A stretch of 64,000 nucleotides of DNA, from positions 7,457,870 through 7,521,869 of the forward strand of contig NC_090294.1 in assembly GCF_037392515.1 (NCBI RefSeq), read 5' to 3'. The position numbers and the translations under genes are program-made. The DNA comes from Haliotis asinina. Its lineage: Eukaryota. Positions 60,661 through 64,000 of the stretch are shown here, piece by piece. Below the pieces are notes generated by a model. It saw only the letters and a program-made list of their open reading frames with translations. It did not search any database and was not told the origin of the DNA. The number at the start of each line of letters is the position of its first letter. The first letter of the stretch is position 1.

Positions 60661-62470
60661 AATTCATAAAATAAAAAAAGAAATATTTGCAGTCTGAGAA
60701 GCTGAAGAAGACTGTGACTGTTGACGGAGGTTGAGTGATTGGGGCTTTCATGGAGAAGCTGAAGAAAACTATGACTGTTGACGGAGGTTGAGTGATTGGG
60801 GCTTTCATGGAGAAGCTGAAGAAGACTGTGACTGTTGACGGAGGTTGAGTGATTGGGGCTTTCATGGAGAAGCTGAAGAAGACTGTGACTGTTGACGGAG
60901 GTTGAGTGATTGGGGTTTTCATGGAGAAGCTGAAGAAGACTGTGACTGTTGACGGAGGTTGAGTGATTGGGGCTTTCATGGAGAAGTTGAAGAAGACTGT
61001 GACTGTTGACGGAGGTTGAGTGATTGGGGCTTTCATGGAGAAGCTGAAGAAGACTGTGACTGTTGACGGAGGTTGAGTGATTGGGGCTTTCATGGAGAAG
61101 TTGAAGAAGACTGTGACTGTTGACGGAGGTTGAGTGATTGGGGCTTTCATGGAGAAGCTGAAGAAGACTGTGACTGTTGACGGAGGTTGAGTGATTGGGG
61201 CTTTCATGGAGAAGCTGAAGAAGACTGTGACTGTTGACGGAGGTTGAGTGATTGGGGCTTTCATGGAGAAGCTGAAGAAGACTGTGACTGTTGACGGAGG
61301 TTGAGTGATTGGGGTTTTCATGGAGAAGCTGAAGAAGACTGTGACTGTTGACGGAGGTTGAGTGATTGGGGTTTTCATGGAGAAGCTGAAGAAGACTGTG
61401 ACTGTTGACGGAGGTTGAGTGATTGGGGCTTTCATGGAGAAGCTGAAGAAGACTGTGACTGTTGACGGAGGTTGAGTGATTGGGGTTTTCATGGAGAAGT
61501 TGAAGAAGACTGTGACTGTTGACGGAGGTTGAGTGATTGGGGTTTTCATGGAGAAGCTGAAGAAGAGTCTGACTGTGACTGTTGACGGAGATTGAGTGAT
61601 TGGGGCTTTCATGGAGAAGCTGAAGAAGACTGTGACTGTTGACGGAGGTTGAGTGATTGGGGCTTTCATGGAGAAGCTGAAGAAGACTGTGACTGTTGAC
61701 GGAGGTTGAGTGATTGGGGCTTTCATGGAGAAGTTGAAGAAGACTGTGACTGTTGACGGAGGTTGAGTGATTGGGGCTTTCATGGAGAAGCTGAAGAAGA
61801 CTGTGACTGTTGACGGAGGTTGAGTGATTGGGGCTTTCATGGAGAAGTTGAAGAAGACTGTGACTGTTGACGGAGGTTGAGTGATTGGGGCTTTCATGGA
61901 GAAGCTGAAGAAGACTGTGACTGTTGACGGAGGTTGAGTGATTGGGGCTTTCATGGAGAAGCTGAAGAAGACTGTGACTGTTGACGGAGGTTGAGTGATT
62001 GGGGCTTTCATGGAGAAGCTGAAGAAGACTGTGACTGTTGACGGAGGTTGAGTGATTGGGGTTTTCATGGAGAAGCTGAAGAAGACTGTGACTGTTGACG
62101 GAGGTTGAGTGATTGGGGTTTTCATGGAGAAGCTGAAGAAGACTGTGACTGTTGACGGAGGTTGAGTGATTGGGGCTTTCATGGAGAAGCTGAAGAAGAC
62201 TGTGACTGTTGACGGAGGTTGAGTGATTGGGGTTTTCATGGAGAAGCTGAAGAAGACTGTGACTGTTGACGGAGGTTGAGTGATTGGGGTTTTCATGGAG
62301 AAGCTGAAGAAGACTGTGACTGTTGACGGAGGTTGAGTGATTGGGGTTTTCATGGAGAAGCTGAAGAAGACTGTGACTGTTGACGGAGGTTGAGTGATTG
62401 GGGCTTTCATGGAGAAGCTGAAGAAGACTGTGACTGTTGACGGAGGTTGAGTGATTGGGGCTTTCATGGA
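60660..62470. repeat. 60-bp satellite, ~30 units (unit gagaagctgaagaagactgtgactgttgacggaggttgagtgattggggctttcatg)
   Basis: A highly homogeneous array with c/t and g/t variants. It generates a 614-aa minus-strand periodic ORF ((MKAPITQPPSTVTVFFSFS)n), which is most likely an artefact of the 60 = 3x20 periodicity. Confidence 0.9.
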
Positions 62471-63678
62471 GAAGCTGAAACGTGTTCCTCCGACATGATC
62501 CTAGTCAAATCAGTCTGACATGCCATACAGGACGTTGTCACGGTTATATATACGAAAAATATAGGGTATTCAGTGGAGTTGAGATCTGTTTTTGGAACAC
62601 TTATTCAGCATCAAAGTATGAAATGTTGTTTTTTCACACTTGATCTTCATGATTATAAAAATCTCCCTTAATACAGGACAGGACCTAGATGAAGATGGAT
62701 TTGGACCATCGCAGTTTGCAAATTTATGATCTTTTTCACAGTCCACATACTTAAGGCAATATTGTGAGCCGTGACCGAACTTCTGATATTTGTAACATCC
62801 AAATGGAAATAGTCGGCTTTAAGTGATTGTGAACCTTTTTTATTCGGGAGATGTTTCGATACAGATCCTTGAACGTAGGGAAAGCTGTTTATTTTGTGTA
62901 ACATTACATACAGTTGATTATGTACTTGATAATTATCACTCTTGGTAATGAGGTCTTTAATAGTCATTTAAAAGATATACACATAAGGAGGAGAGTTTTC
63001 TTATGGATATCAACTTCTTTATTGTGAGGAACACTTAATAAGAAGTGTTCGTTATAATAAAGAAGTCGACATCCATAAAAACCAATCTTCCTTATAATGC
63101 TTGGTTTTAACTCATGGTCTGCTACAAGGTTATGAAGAAGGTACAAGTCCACATCCGATGATTTCGACCTTAAACACATTTTCCCCTATTATAAAGGCAA
63201 CCTGGATACACACTCTCCTGTAAATGCAGACAGTCATGCCACAGTCATGTTAATGTTAAAGTGACAGTACGATCGTGAATTTCGTCATAAGCAAACTGCC
63301 TATACCGGTACTCTGTTAAAACCGGCAGTTTTATTTGGTCCCGAGTGATGCCGGTATTGACAGAGCACACTGCATTACCATCTGTTACATGCAACAGGGC
63401 TTTCAAAAATAACGCTTGCAACTGTCACATATCTATGTTTTTTCAGTCATGTAACAGTAATGTGAAGGTGTCAGTGCATCGGATGCAGTAAACAGATATC
63501 TTTGCCATAAAGTCACTTTAATAACGGGCTTAATCATGATAGTGCATTGGTTAAAGATTAACATTATGTGTGGTTGTATTCCACCTGTTGCCAATGTATC
63601 AGACAATATAACTTATGATTCACAAAAGGCACAAGAAATGTTCACGCAGTTTCAGACGTCTGCTGTTAGACTACCGTT

Positions 63679-63825
63679 ATGGCTGGCAAGGAACGAGTCA
63701 AAATTGACCAGGAGCTCGGTATTGACAGAAAGGCAGAGAATGTGACTGAGAAGGGAGATGAACCACTGCACTATACCCTGACTCAAAACCCCCCGTGTGT
63801 CATAATGTTGAGTGCTGGCTTACAG
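63679..63825 (+). CDS. First coding exon of a second, tandemly duplicated SLC23-family gene (MAGKERVKIDQELGIDRKAENVTEKGDEPLHYTLTQNPPCVIMLSAGLQ); the rest of that gene lies beyond the window
   Basis: It shares ~75% amino-acid identity with the exon at 27981-28127. A conserved tttcag acceptor lies ~25 nt upstream of the ATG (exon start 63656), and the donor cag|gtattt is at 63826. Confidence 0.65.
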
Positions 63826-64000
63826 GTATTTGTTCTGGTTGAAATCATACTCAGCTCTAAAAATGCATGAAACTTAAAATTCGTTTGGGCCGAATGCCAG
63901 AAAAGTAAATTATAACTTTCCACTGTTTTTGTGGAACACGTAGCACATCGTAGCATACGTGTATTGTTAATGTATGGCTAGATGTGAAGGGATGGTGTAA

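Noticed and set aside
60623-62467. 614-aa minus-strand ORF (MKAPITQPPSTVTVFFSFS)x30
   Set aside because: It coincides exactly with a 60-bp satellite whose period is a multiple of 3. There is no flanking splice or terminal-exon context. It is treated as a periodic artefact rather than a gene.
1-64000. Prokaryotic defence or novel operon system
   Set aside because: The GT-AG introns, PUF60 and SLC23 homologs, and SINE, Tc1, MULE and Polinton content show that this is metazoan nuclear DNA. No operon-like ORF arrays are present.

Overview
This window is eukaryotic (metazoan) nuclear DNA, not a prokaryotic locus. Coding sequence is split by GT-AG introns. Two host genes are recognisable by protein homology. 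(1) An intact PUF60 / 'half pint'-like splicing factor gene on + at ~1.1-10.4 kb, 12 coding exons ending in the characteristic C-terminal UHM/RRM. (2) An SLC23-family (SVCT / nucleobase-ascorbate transporter-like) gene on + whose coding exons run from 27981 to 52902. The first coding exon of a tandem paralog sits at 63.7 kb. The rest is transposon-rich. A ~10.6 kb Maverick/Polinton-like element lacking the polymerase gene, with ~200-350 bp TIRs, occupies intron 1 of the SLC23 gene (29211-39830). It carries a frameshifted rve integrase with chromodomain, an adenain-like protease, a decayed packaging ATPase, a capsid-like ORF, a decayed BIR (IAP-like) domain, and a spliced ORF of unknown function. 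A frameshifted Tc1/mariner element lies at ~13.99-15.64 kb. A degraded MULE-like DNA transposon with TIRs and an internal 55-bp minisatellite is nested inside a SINE at 17573-19980, and a second decayed fragment of the same family lies at 47.1-48.4 kb. At least three related SINE-like short repeat families occur in many copies. There are two long satellites, a 51-bp unit at 56.7-57.9 kb and a 60-bp unit at 60.66-62.47 kb. The 60-bp satellite appears to derive from an internal SINE segment and generates a spurious 614-aa periodic ORF. I found no prokaryotic defence system, CRISPR array or rRNA gene. The tRNA-like stretches are SINE heads rather than tRNA genes. Taxonomic origin cannot be proven from sequence alone. 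The abundance of Polinton, BIR and SINE content would fit a lophotrochozoan (e.g. mollusc) genome, but that is speculation.
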